From NCBI GenBank assembly GCA_033723415.1, contig JAWVXD010000002.1, positions 288,001 to 352,000 on the forward strand: a DNA stretch of 64,000 nt, given 5' to 3'. Made by a program: the position numbers and the translations under genes. Below, piece after piece: positions 9,135 through 19,369 of this stretch. The DNA comes from Sulfurospirillaceae bacterium (GTDB lineage: Bacteria > Campylobacterota > Campylobacteria > Campylobacterales > Sulfurospirillaceae). The stretch's first letter is position 1. Each line of letters starts with the position of its first letter. Below the pieces are notes generated by a model that saw nothing but the letters and a program-made list of their open reading frames with translations, searched no databases and was not told the DNA's origin.

Positions 9135-11501
9135 ATGCTTACAGTACAAAAAAGAAACGGAAGAATAGAACCGCTTGATATTTCAAAGATTCAAAAATAC
9201 ACGCAATCAGCAGTTGAAGGCTTAGAAAATGTTAGCCAGAGTGAATTAGAAGTTGATGCAAAAATACAATTTAGAGATAAAATTACAACAGAAGAAATAC
9301 AAAAAACTCTCATAAAAACAGCAGTTGATAAAATTGATATAGACAGGCCAAATTGGACATACGTTGCTGCTAGACTCTTTTTGTATGACTTATATCACAA
9401 AGTCAATCAGTTTACAGGATACGGGAAGCTAGCCGATTACTTTGAAAGAGGGGAAAAGAGCGGAAGAATACTTCTTGGATTAAAAGACAAATACGATCTT
9501 GATGATTTGGATAAATACATTGAACCTGAGAGAGATTTTCAGTTTACATATCTAGGAGTAAAAACACTTCATGATAGATACCTTATCAAAGATTCTAAAG
9601 GTGTTCCTATAGAATTGCCACAGCATATGTTCATGGCAATCGCTATGTTTTTGGCTCAAAACGAGCTAAACTGTCAAGACTGGGCAAAAAAGTTTTATGA
9701 CCTTATTTCCAAATTTGAAGTGATGCTTGCAACACCTACACTTTCAAATGCCAGAACACCTAGACATCAACTAAGTTCTTGCTATATAGGAAGCACACCT
9801 GACAATATCGAAGGGATCTTTGACTCATACAAAGAGATGGCTCTATTAAGCAAATTTGGAGGCGGTATAGGCTGGGATTGGAACCTTGTTCGTTCTATGG
9901 GAGGAATGATAGATGGACATAAGAATGCAGCAGGCGGGATCATCCCATTTTTAAAGATTACAAATGATATCGCAATCGCAGTTGATCAGCTTGGAACAAG
10001 AAAAGGAGCGATTGCAGTATATGTAGAACCATGGCATATGGATATATCCGATTTCTTAGACCTAAAAAAGAACTCTGGAGAAGAGAGAAGAAGAGCTCAT
10101 GACCTGTTTCCTGCCTTGTGGATAAACGATATATTTATGAGAAGAGCAGAAGCAGATGAGATTTGGACACTATTTGATCCAGCAGACGTCAGTGATTTGT
10201 CTTCTCTTTATGGCGAAGAATTTGAAAAAAGATACTTGGAATACGAAAAAGATGACAATATACCAAAAGAACACGTAAAAGCAAAAGAATTATGGAAAAA
10301 AATAATACTAAATTATTTTGAGAGTGGAAGTCCATTTTTATGTTTCAAAGATAATGCAAACAAGGCAAATCCGAATAACCACAGCGGTATCATAAGAAGT
10401 TCAAACCTGTGTACGGAAATTTTTCAAAATACGGCACCTAACCATTATAAAATAAAAGTTACTTTTGAAGACGGCAGTAGCGTGGCCTTTGAAGAAAATG
10501 AAAAAGTAATAGTAAATGGCAATATTGAAAAAGATGCGAAAAAGATCACCGCTCTTGATACGGTAAACAATAAAAACGTGTTTATTGTAGAAAAAGAGAT
10601 GAGCGAAGGTAAAACTGCCGTATGTAATCTTGCAAGCGTTAACCTATCGAAAATCAATACAAAAGAAGACGTAGAAAGAGTAGTTCCGATAGCGATAAGA
10701 ATGCTAGATAATGTCATAGATCTCAACTTCTATCCACACGCTAAAGTAAAGCATACAAATCTACAGTCAAGATCAATCGGACTTGGCGTTATGGGTGAAG
10801 CCCAAATGCTTGCAGAGCAGCAAATACAATGGGGTAGTTATGACCATTTTGCCAAGATAGATGAAGTTATGGAATATATAAGCTACAATGCCATCAAATC
10901 TTCATCGAACTTAGCTATTGAAAAAGGCAAATATCCTGATTTTGACGGTTCAAAATGGAGCAAAGGAATTTTTCCTATAGACTGTGCAAACGAAGAAGCA
11001 AAAAAACTGGTAGATAGAGGTGGATTATTCGGCTATAGCTGCGATTGGGACGGACTCAGAGAACAAGTAAAGAAATCTGGAATGAGAAATGGTTACCTAA
11101 TGGCAATAGCACCTACAAGCTCTATATCTATCCTGGTCGGCACAACTCAAACAATAGAACCTGTTTATAAAAGGAAGTGGTTTGAAGAGAACCTCTCAGG
11201 CATGATTCCTGTCGTCGTACCAAAACTAAATCCGGAAACTTGGAATTACTACACTCCTGCATATGAACTAGATCAAAGATTGCTTATCAAAGCCGGTGCT
11301 ATTAGACAAAAATGGATAGATCAGGGACAAAGTTTAAATATATTTATAACACTAGACAAAGCAAGCGGTAAATATTTGAACGATATCTATATGCTGGGAT
11401 GGAAATTGGGAATAAAATCGACATATTACCTAAGAAGTCAATCTCCTGAAAGTAAGATCGACGTAGCTGATAGAAGCATTGAGTGTGAAGGTTGCCAGTA
11501 G
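9135..11501 (+). CDS. nrdA: Class Ia ribonucleoside-diphosphate reductase alpha subunit
   Basis: N-terminal ATP cone, LSSC, SNLCTE, VCNL, APTSS, STYYLR, C-terminal CEGCQ. Confidence 0.97.
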   Translation: MLTVQKRNGRIEPLDISKIQKYTQSAVEGLENVSQSELEVDAKIQFRDKITTEEIQKTLIKTAVDKIDIDRPNWTYVAARLFLYDLYHKVNQFTGYGKLADYFERGEKSGRILLGLKDKYDLDDLDKYIEPERDFQFTYLGVKTLHDRYLIKDSKGVPIELPQHMFMAIAMFLAQNELNCQDWAKKFYDLISKFEVMLATPTLSNARTPRHQLSSCYIGSTPDNIEGIFDSYKEMALLSKFGGGIGWDWNLVRSMGGMIDGHKNAAGGIIPFLKITNDIAIAVDQLGTRKGAIAVYVEPWHMDISDFLDLKKNSGEERRRAHDLFPALWINDIFMRRAEADEIWTLFDPADVSDLSSLYGEEFEKRYLEYEKDDNIPKEHVKAKELWKKIILNYFESGSPFLCFKDNANKANPNNHSGIIRSSNLCTEIFQNTAPNHYKIKVTFEDGSSVAFEENEKVIVNGNIEKDAKKITALDTVNNKNVFIVEKEMSEGKTAVCNLASVNLSKINTKEDVERVVPIAIRMLDNVIDLNFYPHAKVKHTNLQSRSIGLGVMGEAQMLAEQQIQWGSYDHFAKIDEVMEYISYNAIKSSSNLAIEKGKYPDFDGSKWSKGIFPIDCANEEAKKLVDRGGLFGYSCDWDGLREQVKKSGMRNGYLMAIAPTSSISILVGTTQTIEPVYKRKWFEENLSGMIPVVVPKLNPETWNYYTPAYELDQRLLIKAGAIRQKWIDQGQSLNIFITLDKASGKYLNDIYMLGWKLGIKSTYYLRSQSPESKIDVADRSIECEGCQ

Positions 11502-11504
11502 AAT

Positions 11505-12212
11505 ATGAAAACTATAGGTTTACTCGGAGGTATGAGTTGGGAATCAACTCATACCTACTACAAACTGCTTAATGAAGGGACAAAAGAACTACTTGGCGGC
11601 TTCAATAGTGCCAAGATTATTTTAATTTCTGTAAATTTTGATGAAATAGAGACTCTACAGCGTGAAAACAGATGGGAAGAGGCCGGAGAGATATTAGCCG
11701 AAAATGCAAAATCACTAGAAGAAGCCGGAGCAGATTTTATACTTATATGCACAAACACTATGCATAAAGTAGCTGACATAATTCAAAAAAACATAAACAT
11801 CCCAATATTACATATCGCAACTAGCGTATCTATGGCACTGCAAAAGGAAAACTGCAGAAAAGCTATCCTGCTTGGCACACGTTTTACGATGCAAGAAAAT
11901 TTTATAAAAGATGTCATAAGATCTTTTGGCATAGAAGTAGTTACCCCGGATACAAAACAAATTGAGATAATTGATAAAATCATATTTGATGAATTAGTAC
12001 AAGGCATTGTCAACCAAGAAAGCAAAAACACATATCTAAATATAATCCTTGACATGATTGACAAAGACGAGCAAATAGACTCTGTCATACTTGGATGTAC
12101 TGAAATAGGACTATTGATAAATCAAAATGATATAAATTTAAAAATATTCGATACAACTTACACACATGTAAAATATGCCCTAGACATAACACACAACAAT
12201 CACTCTCTATAA
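11505..12212 (+). CDS. Asp/Glu racemase family amino-acid racemase (YgeA/RacX-like)
   Basis: MKTIGLLGGMSWEST; catalytic cysteines in CTNTMH and LGCTEI. Confidence 0.9.
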   Translation: MKTIGLLGGMSWESTHTYYKLLNEGTKELLGGFNSAKIILISVNFDEIETLQRENRWEEAGEILAENAKSLEEAGADFILICTNTMHKVADIIQKNINIPILHIATSVSMALQKENCRKAILLGTRFTMQENFIKDVIRSFGIEVVTPDTKQIEIIDKIIFDELVQGIVNQESKNTYLNIILDMIDKDEQIDSVILGCTEIGLLINQNDINLKIFDTTYTHVKYALDITHNNHSL

Positions 12213-12422
12213 ATATATAAACTAATTTATTTTATTAAGTTTTTACAATCTGATTAAGAACACAACCCTTACAATATAATACTTTTAAGCCTTAAGTATA
12301 TTTGCAAAATTAACACTTATTTACTTGTGTGACAAAAGAGCAACACTTTATTTTTTAAGTTTCAACTTAATATTCATGTTATATAATCGCGACATTAATA
12401 ACAAAAATATGTTAGGACAACC

Positions 12423-14543
12423 ATGTTAGAAAAAGTCTTAAAAAGAGATGGGGCGACAGAAGAGTTTAAATCATATAAAATACAAGATGCTATAAAAAAA
12501 GCATTTGAAAGTGAAGGCGTTTTATATGATGCAAGTGTTTACAACAGACTAATCTCTACGCTAGAGAAAAAAAGAGTGGCTGCTGTTGAAGATATTCAAG
12601 ATCTCATAGAACAGGAGCTGTACAAAGCACGCTACTTTGACGTAATGCGCTCATTCATGATCTATCGTCATACTCATAAGATGCAAAGAGAGCATGTAAA
12701 GGGATTGAACGAAGATACGACTTTTGTGAATTCAACACAAACGATAGAAGAATACATCAATAAAAGCGATTGGAGAATCAAAGCAAACTCAAACACCGGA
12801 TACTCAAATGCCGGTCTTGTAAATAACACGGCAGGAAAGATCATAGCAAATTACTGGCTAGATAAAATCTACTCAAAAGAAGAGGGCTTTGCGCATAGAA
12901 ACGGTGATTATCACATACATGACCTGGATTGTCTAACTGCATATTGTGCAGGATGGAGTTTGAGAGCTCTTTTAAATGAAGGATTTAACGGCGTGAGAGG
13001 AAGGGTTGAATCTCGCCCGCCTAAACACTTTAGAGAAGCTCTAGGACAAATGGCAAACTTTTTGGGCATCCTCCAAAGCGAATGGGCAGGTGCTCAAGCA
13101 TTTAGTTCATTTGACACCTATCTGGCCCCATATGTATTTAAAGACAAACTTCCATTTAAAGAGATAAAAAAAGCGATTTTAAGTTTTGTATATAACCTAA
13201 ATGTTCCTGCCCGTTGGGGACAAAGCCCATTTACAAACATAACTATAGATTGGAGTGTGCCGCAAGACTTAGCTGATCAGACACCAACTTGTCAAGATAT
13301 ACATCTTTTTAAAGGGATATATGACAAAGAGTTGATAGATGAAGCCAAGAAAAGAGGCGTGAATAAACTAGAAGATCTAACATACAAAAATTTTCAAAAA
13401 GAGATGGATCTCATAAACAAAGCATATTACGAAGTAATGACAGAAGGGGATAAAACAGAACAGCCTTTTACTTTTCCTATTCCGACTGTAAATATTACGG
13501 AAGATTTTGATTGGTATGGAGAAAATACGGATACTTTGTTTGAAAATACTGCCAAGATCGGTTCTTCTTATTTTCAAAATTTTATTGGAAGTCAATATAT
13601 AAGAGATGAAAACGGCAATCTAGTAGAAAATCCAAAGGCTTATAAACCTGGCAATGTCAGAAGTATGTGTTGCAGGTTACAACTTGATCTACGAGAATTA
13701 CTCAAACGAGGCGGCGGATTATTTGGAAGTGCAGAAATGACAGGCAGCATCGGTGTTGTCACAATCAATATGGCAAGGATTGGGTATCTAAATAAAGGAA
13801 ATAAAGAAAAACTATTTGAGCAAGTCGAATATCTAATGGATCTGGCAAAATCAACTCTGGAGAAAAAACGAGTATTTGTCCAAGATATGTTCGAGAGAGG
13901 ACTTTATCCTTATACAGCAAGATACCTACCGGGCTTTAACAACCATTTCTCAACTATCGGCGTAAATGGGATAAATGAGATGATAGAGAACTTTACATCA
14001 AAAGAGCACAATATAGCAGATGATTATGGAATAGAATTTGCTCGTGAATTGTTAGAATTCATGCGTGGCAAAATGATCAAATATCAAGAAGAAAGCGGCA
14101 ATCTGTATAATTTGGAAGCAACTCCTGCAGAGGGTACGACATATAGATTTGCAAAAGAAGACAAAAAAAGATATCCGGATATCATACAGGCTGGAAACGG
14201 TAAAAACATATATTACACAAATTCTTCACAAATTCCAGCTGACTATACAGATGATCCGTTTGAAGCCCTTGATCTGCAAGATGATCTGCAGTGTGAATAC
14301 ACAGGAGGAACAGTTCTTCATCTTTATATGAAAGAGCGAATCAGCAGTATTGAAGCATGTAGACAGATGGTGAAAAATGTTATATCAAATTATCGCATGC
14401 CTTATCTTACTATAACACCTGTATTTTCGGTATGTGAAAAACATGGATACATAAGCGGTGAACATGAATTTTGTCCAATTTGCGACAAAGAACTTATAGA
14501 AAAATATGAAGGAGGTGAAAATGAGCAGGGAAGAATTGCTTGA
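12423..14543 (+). CDS. nrdD: Class III anaerobic ribonucleoside-triphosphate reductase, large chain lacking the glycyl-radical motif
   Basis: ATP cone, HIHDL, finger loop SMCCRL, ATPAEG, YYTNS, Zn site CEKH...CPIC; no RVxGY in this ORF. Confidence 0.93.
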   Translation: MLEKVLKRDGATEEFKSYKIQDAIKKAFESEGVLYDASVYNRLISTLEKKRVAAVEDIQDLIEQELYKARYFDVMRSFMIYRHTHKMQREHVKGLNEDTTFVNSTQTIEEYINKSDWRIKANSNTGYSNAGLVNNTAGKIIANYWLDKIYSKEEGFAHRNGDYHIHDLDCLTAYCAGWSLRALLNEGFNGVRGRVESRPPKHFREALGQMANFLGILQSEWAGAQAFSSFDTYLAPYVFKDKLPFKEIKKAILSFVYNLNVPARWGQSPFTNITIDWSVPQDLADQTPTCQDIHLFKGIYDKELIDEAKKRGVNKLEDLTYKNFQKEMDLINKAYYEVMTEGDKTEQPFTFPIPTVNITEDFDWYGENTDTLFENTAKIGSSYFQNFIGSQYIRDENGNLVENPKAYKPGNVRSMCCRLQLDLRELLKRGGGLFGSAEMTGSIGVVTINMARIGYLNKGNKEKLFEQVEYLMDLAKSTLEKKRVFVQDMFERGLYPYTARYLPGFNNHFSTIGVNGINEMIENFTSKEHNIADDYGIEFARELLEFMRGKMIKYQEESGNLYNLEATPAEGTTYRFAKEDKKRYPDIIQAGNGKNIYYTNSSQIPADYTDDPFEALDLQDDLQCEYTGGTVLHLYMKERISSIEACRQMVKNVISNYRMPYLTITPVFSVCEKHGYISGEHEFCPICDKELIEKYEGGENEQGRIA

Positions 14544-14685
14544 AAAGCTACGAAGTGAACGAACAAAATGTATCGTTTATACTAGAGTCATGGGTTATCA
14601 CAGACCGGTTGAAAGCTTCAATGTAGGCAAAATCGGTGAACATCGAGAAAGAACACAATTTATTGAAAGCCTTTCTAGAAGATAG
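14521..14685 (+). CDS. Stand-alone NrdD glycyl-radical domain (54 aa)
   Basis: MSREELLEKLRSERTKCIVYTRVMGYHRPVESFNVGKIGEHRERTQFIESLSRR; GGAGG RBS at 14511-14515; RVMGY glycyl-radical motif. Confidence 0.88.
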   Translation: MSREELLEKLRSERTKCIVYTRVMGYHRPVESFNVGKIGEHRERTQFIESLSRR

Positions 14686-15355
14686 CCCTCTATACGATAT
14701 CACTAAATTTACGACGCTAGATTACCCTGATAATCTGGCGTCTATTTTATGGTTTGCAAAATGTAATATGCGTTGCTGCTATTGTTACAATTCAGAGATC
14801 GTATTTGGTGATGGTCATATAAGTATACAAAAAGCTATAGATTTTTTGAACTCTAGAGTCAACAGGCTCAGCGGAGTCGTACTAAGCGGAGGAGAATGTA
14901 CTCTTTATCCAAGGTTATATGACTTTATATCAGAGATCAAAAAACTCGGATTTAATATCAAAATTGACACAAACGGAACAAATCCCAAACTTATAAAAGA
15001 ACTTGTACATGATCATATGATCGATTACATTGCGTTGGATTACAAGGCCCCAAAATATAAGTTTGAGCAGGTAACGCATAACAAAAATTTTGAAGATTTT
15101 GAAGAGACTCTGAGTTTTTTGATCAATGAAGATTTTCCTTTTGAAGCTAGAACTACGATACACTCAGATTTACTTGACACCAGTGATATAAATCAAATAA
15201 TAGATGATTTGCTAACTAAAGGCTATAAAAACAGCTATTTTCTTCAAAATTATTTCCATACAGACAACACAATAGGTCACTTAGAACCTCAAAAAAACTC
15301 ATTAATCCCAGATATGCTAAATCATAAAATAGATATAAAACTGCGAGAATTTTAA
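14663..15355 (+). CDS. nrdG: Anaerobic RNR activating enzyme (radical SAM)
   Basis: CNMRCCYC, LSGGECT, DTNG; probable TTG start at 14663 overlapping the small ORF (the track starts at 14636). Confidence 0.9.
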   Translation: MKAFLEDSPLYDITKFTTLDYPDNLASILWFAKCNMRCCYCYNSEIVFGDGHISIQKAIDFLNSRVNRLSGVVLSGGECTLYPRLYDFISEIKKLGFNIKIDTNGTNPKLIKELVHDHMIDYIALDYKAPKYKFEQVTHNKNFEDFEETLSFLINEDFPFEARTTIHSDLLDTSDINQIIDDLLTKGYKNSYFLQNYFHTDNTIGHLEPQKNSLIPDMLNHKIDIKLREF

Positions 15356-15394
15356 GATATTTTAGATAAAATAAGAAAAAATCAGGGACTATTC

Positions 15395-16417
15395 ATGAAT
15401 AGAAAACATATATACAATCCAAGCTCAAATGAGACAGTTAGTGAAAGAAGAATTTTTGGCGGGAATCCTCATGGGATCTTGAATTTTACACAGGCAAAGT
15501 ACCAGTGGGCTCTAAGATTATGGGATATGATGGAAGCAAATACTTGGTTTCCAAAAGAAGTAGATACCACAAAAGATGTCGTGGACTACAACAGAAATCT
15601 TACTGATGCAGAAAAACGAATGTATGACCTTGTCTGGTCGCAGCTTATAAGCATGGACAGCTTTCAAACAAACAATCTAGCCGATAATATAAATCCGTAT
15701 ATAACGGCACCTGAGATCAATGCAGTACTAGTAAGACAGGCATATGAAGAAGCCAACCATTCAAAATCATATGCAGTTATGGTCGAAGCGATTTGCGACA
15801 ACACGGACTTGATATACGAAATGGAAAAACATGACGAGATATTGAGACGAAAAAATGCCTATATATCAAGCGTATATGAAGAATTGGCGGGAGAAGTAAC
15901 AGATGAAAAAATTCTGTTAGCTATGTTTGCAAATCAAATCCTAGAAGGGCTTTATTTTTATTCAGGGTTTACGGCTATTTATGCTCTTGCAAGAGCAGGA
16001 AAGATGCTTGGAAGCGCTCAGATGATCAGGTTTATACAAAGAGATGAAATTACACACCTTTTACTATTCCAGAATATGATAAATTCAACAAGAAAAGAGA
16101 GACCTGAGCTTTTTACTGAAGCTTTAGAAGCAAAGGTCTACAATATGTTCAAATCAGCCGGAGATTTGGAGATTGAGTGGGGAAAATACATAACTCAAAA
16201 CCAAATCATGGGATTTACAGATGAGATCATAGAAGAGTATATTCACTATCTTATAGATGATCGTCTCAATGCAGTAGGTATGAAAAAAATGTACAATGCA
16301 GTTCACCCTATAAAATGGGTCGATGATTTCTCAAAGTTCAATGATCAAAAAACAAACTTTTTTGAAGGCAATGTTACAAACTACAGTAAAGGAAGCCTAT
16401 CATTTGATGACTTCTAG
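15395..16417 (+). CDS. nrdB: Class Ia ribonucleotide reductase beta subunit
   Basis: Di-iron ligands MDS, EEANH, LEG, RDEITH; radical Tyr in HSKSY; C-terminal NFFE...Y. Confidence 0.95.
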   Translation: MNRKHIYNPSSNETVSERRIFGGNPHGILNFTQAKYQWALRLWDMMEANTWFPKEVDTTKDVVDYNRNLTDAEKRMYDLVWSQLISMDSFQTNNLADNINPYITAPEINAVLVRQAYEEANHSKSYAVMVEAICDNTDLIYEMEKHDEILRRKNAYISSVYEELAGEVTDEKILLAMFANQILEGLYFYSGFTAIYALARAGKMLGSAQMIRFIQRDEITHLLLFQNMINSTRKERPELFTEALEAKVYNMFKSAGDLEIEWGKYITQNQIMGFTDEIIEEYIHYLIDDRLNAVGMKKMYNAVHPIKWVDDFSKFNDQKTNFFEGNVTNYSKGSLSFDDF

Positions 16418-17138
16418 TCCAAATTTAGTAGCTTTACAATTTCAATATGCAAACAGGAGTTTTGAAAACAACTTCGAAACTCTTAGCATATTAGTTGAAA
16501 ATTCTCCACAAAATTCCATAATATTGGCTCCAGAGTTATGCCTGAGCGGATATGATTACGAAAATTTGGAAAAGAATACCCAACTTGCAAAAGATTTTAT
16601 GCCGAAAATCAAAGCCCTATCGGAAGATAAGATCTTTTCTTTAACTATAGCAGAAGAAAAAGACGGACACTACTTTAATAATGTCAAAATTTTTCATAAC
16701 AAAGAAGAGATATATTCCAGAGCAAAGGCCAGGTTATTCAGCTTAGGAAATGAAGAAAAATATTTCACTAGCGGAAAAGATGAAGATATCAAAATCGTAC
16801 AGATAGACGGCGTGAAAATTGCGATACTTCTATGCTTTGAGTTAAGATATATAGAACTTTGGGAGAAGGCTAAAGGAGCAGATATTATATTGATACCTGC
16901 TTATTGGGCAAAAAAGAGAAAATTGCACCTAGAGGCACTCTCCAAGGCTGTTGCGATCATGAATCAATGCTTTGTTATCATAGCAAACAGTAGCGATGAA
17001 GATATGGCATCAAGTGCCGGGATCATAAATCCTTTTGGAGAAGCTAAAAGAGATGATTCATCAGGGAGCATAATAGACAAATTTGATCTTAGCATGATCA
17101 AAAAGATGAGAAGATATATAAATATAGGATTGACTTAG
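16407..17138 (+). CDS. Carbon-nitrogen hydrolase (nitrilase/amidase family)
   Basis: Catalytic triad motifs APEL, AKARLF, LCFELRY; ATG 16407 overlaps the nrdB end. Confidence 0.88.
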   Translation: MTSSPNLVALQFQYANRSFENNFETLSILVENSPQNSIILAPELCLSGYDYENLEKNTQLAKDFMPKIKALSEDKIFSLTIAEEKDGHYFNNVKIFHNKEEIYSRAKARLFSLGNEEKYFTSGKDEDIKIVQIDGVKIAILLCFELRYIELWEKAKGADIILIPAYWAKKRKLHLEALSKAVAIMNQCFVIIANSSDEDMASSAGIINPFGEAKRDDSSGSIIDKFDLSMIKKMRRYINIGLT

Positions 17139-17140
17139 AT

Positions 17141-17788
17141 ATGGACTTTGTTTCAAAGATAAAATTACAAAAATCTACCAAAATGGCTGAAGAGATAAGA
17201 AAGATATCTCAGATAGACGATTTGGTATTTGATGCTATTGCAAACAGCGATAGAGAATCATTCGTGCCAATAGGTTTTGGCGCACACGCATACAAACTTG
17301 ATGCCCTTCCATTGGTAGCAGACCAATGGATAAGTTCACCGCTAACAGTTGCAAAAATGACACAAGCACTCTCCTGCCAAGGAGCAGATAGTGTCTTGGA
17401 AATAGGTTGCGGTAGTGGCTATCAAGCACTTATACTAAGCAAACTGATAAGACGTGTATTTAGTATAGAACGTGTAGAAAGACTGGCAAAAGAAGCAAAA
17501 GAAAAATTTAGAAACCTTGGAATTTCTAATATAAACATTAGATATGACGATGGACAAAACGGTTGGAGAGAATATGCACCCTATGATAGAATTCTATTCT
17601 CCGCATCAATAAAACAAATCCCTTCCAATCTCTTTGATCAACTAAGAACAGATGGTATTTTAGTAGCACCAATAGAGAAAAACGGCAAACAAATAATTAC
17701 AAAATTTACGAAAAAAGAAAGTGGAATAGAACAAAAAGAGATAGAAGAGTGCCTTTTTGTCCCTGTTGTGGATGGTAAAAGCCACTAA
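17141..17788 (+). CDS. pcm: Protein-L-isoaspartate O-methyltransferase
   Basis: VLEIGCGSGYQA, APYDRI, FVPVV. Confidence 0.94.
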   Translation: MDFVSKIKLQKSTKMAEEIRKISQIDDLVFDAIANSDRESFVPIGFGAHAYKLDALPLVADQWISSPLTVAKMTQALSCQGADSVLEIGCGSGYQALILSKLIRRVFSIERVERLAKEAKEKFRNLGISNINIRYDDGQNGWREYAPYDRILFSASIKQIPSNLFDQLRTDGILVAPIEKNGKQIITKFTKKESGIEQKEIEECLFVPVVDGKSH

Positions 17789-17794
17789 AGGCTT

Positions 17795-19369
17795 TTACAA
17801 TATCTCTCTTATCATCAACTGTGGCGTAACTAAACCTCTATAATCATTTCTTGATAAAGTAAAGATTATATCTACTTTGTCTCCTACTCTTGCATCTTTG
17901 TCAAAATTGAAGAAAATAGACTCTAATGTATTGATATTGTCATGAAGTATCAATTTAAGATGATTCTGATCTTTACCTATCTTTTTATTTATCTTTACAA
18001 ATACATCTTTTAAAACAAAACTTGGTTTTGGATTTTTTTGGCCATATGGTTCAAACTCTTCTAGTATTTCCAATAACTCAAAATCTATTTCTCCAGGTTC
18101 TATCTCACCTAATATCTCTTGTCTGCTATTGAATTTTGAAGGTTCTATATCTCTGGCCGAAGCATACATCCTTTCTCTAAAAGCTTCTAAATTTTCTACA
18201 GGTAATGAAACTCCTGCTGCTCCCTTATGCCCGCCAAAGCCAAAGAGTAACTCTTTTTGCTGCGCGATAAGAGACAATATATCAACTTCTCCTACGCTTC
18301 TGGCACTTCCTTTTGCTTTATCTTCCGTTATAGAAAAAACGATGGCAGGCTTCTTAAATCTTTTCGAGAGTCTAGAAGCTACTATGCCGGAAACTCCTTC
18401 ATGCCAATCACTCCCCCATGCTATGATAATATTTTCTTCGTGTTTGACATATTTTAAAGAAGATTCAAATAGAATCTTTTCTTCATCTTTTCGGCTGTTA
18501 TTTAATCCAACGATATAATCCAGCTTTTCAAGAGCATCATCTAAATTTGTAGATTTTAAAAAGTTATATGAGAATTTTGCATCTTCCATTCTGCCTGAAC
18601 TATTTATTAAAGGTGCAATTAAAAAAGATATTTCGTCACTATCCAACGTTTTTTTACAAAAATATTTTTTAACGGCCTCAAAGGCAGGTCTTTTAGATTT
18701 ATTTAATGCTAAAATCCCTTTTTTCACCATCACTCTGTTTATATCTTTCAATTCCATCATATCAGCGATTATAGCGATGCATAATATATCTAAAAATGTG
18801 GAAAGATTATATTTGATATTCAATTTTTCCTTTATGGCAGCGGCTAAATACCAAGCAACCTGAGAACCGCATATCTCACAATTTGGGAATCTGCAGTCCG
18901 GTTGTTTTGGATTTACTATTGCATATGCTTCCGGAAGAACATTTGGGATATTATGGTGATCTGTTATAATAAGATCTATCCCGTTTTCTTTGCAATACAG
19001 AGCAGATTCAACTGCAGAGATACCGTTGTCAACTGTAATTATTACTTTTGCATCAAGCTTTTTGATGATATTCAAACTCAAACCATAACCATCTTGAAAT
19101 CTATTAGGTATGATCGACTCATGTTTTACGCCGATATCATCAAAAAATGTGCTTAATATTACAGAAGATACTACTCCATCCACATCATAATCACCAACAA
19201 TTGCTATCTTTTCATCATTTTTTATAGCACTGACAATTCGAGCAGAAGCCTTATCCATGTCTTTAAAATGATGAGGCTTAGGAAGTTCTTCTAGCTTAGT
19301 ACATTCATCGCTCTCGAATCTCTTAGCTAAAATATTTTTAATATCTTCCTTGGTTAGTTTACTTCCCAT
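17795..19369 (-). CDS. recJ: ssDNA-specific exonuclease RecJ
   Basis: [27 protein letters not shown] 19369 overlaps the pyrG end. Confidence 0.95.
   Translation of the reverse strand: MGSKLTKEDIKNILAKRFESDECTKLEELPKPHHFKDMDKASARIVSAIKNDEKIAIVGDYDVDGVVSSVILSTFFDDIGVKHESIIPNRFQDGYGLSLNIIKKLDAKVIITVDNGISAVESALYCKENGIDLIITDHHNIPNVLPEAYAIVNPKQPDCRFPNCEICGSQVAWYLAAAIKEKLNIKYNLSTFLDILCIAIIADMMELKDINRVMVKKGILALNKSKRPAFEAVKKYFCKKTLDSDEISFLIAPLINSSGRMEDAKFSYNFLKSTNLDDALEKLDYIVGLNNSRKDEEKILFESSLKYVKHEENIIIAWGSDWHEGVSGIVASRLSKRFKKPAIVFSITEDKAKGSARSVGEVDILSLIAQQKELLFGFGGHKGAAGVSLPVENLEAFRERMYASARDIEPSKFNSRQEILGEIEPGEIDFELLEILEEFEPYGQKNPKPSFVLKDVFVKINKKIGKDQNHLKLILHDNINTLESIFFNFDKDARVGDKVDIIFTLSRNDYRGLVTPQLMIREIL

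Noticed and set aside
10430..10615. ~55-aa insertion in NrdA between NLCTE and VCNL as a possible intein
   Set aside because: No Cys/Ser start, His-Asn end or endonuclease motifs, and it is too short. From recall, a similar insert is normal in Campylobacterota NrdA.
12300..12380. Possible NrdR or FNR box upstream of nrdD (TGTGAC-N6-GCAACA, AACACTT repeats)
   Set aside because: It matches neither consensus well enough to call in AT-rich DNA.
12423..14543. nrdD as a truncated pseudogene
   Set aside because: The missing glycyl-radical motif is intact in the next ORF with a strong RBS, and nrdG is intact.
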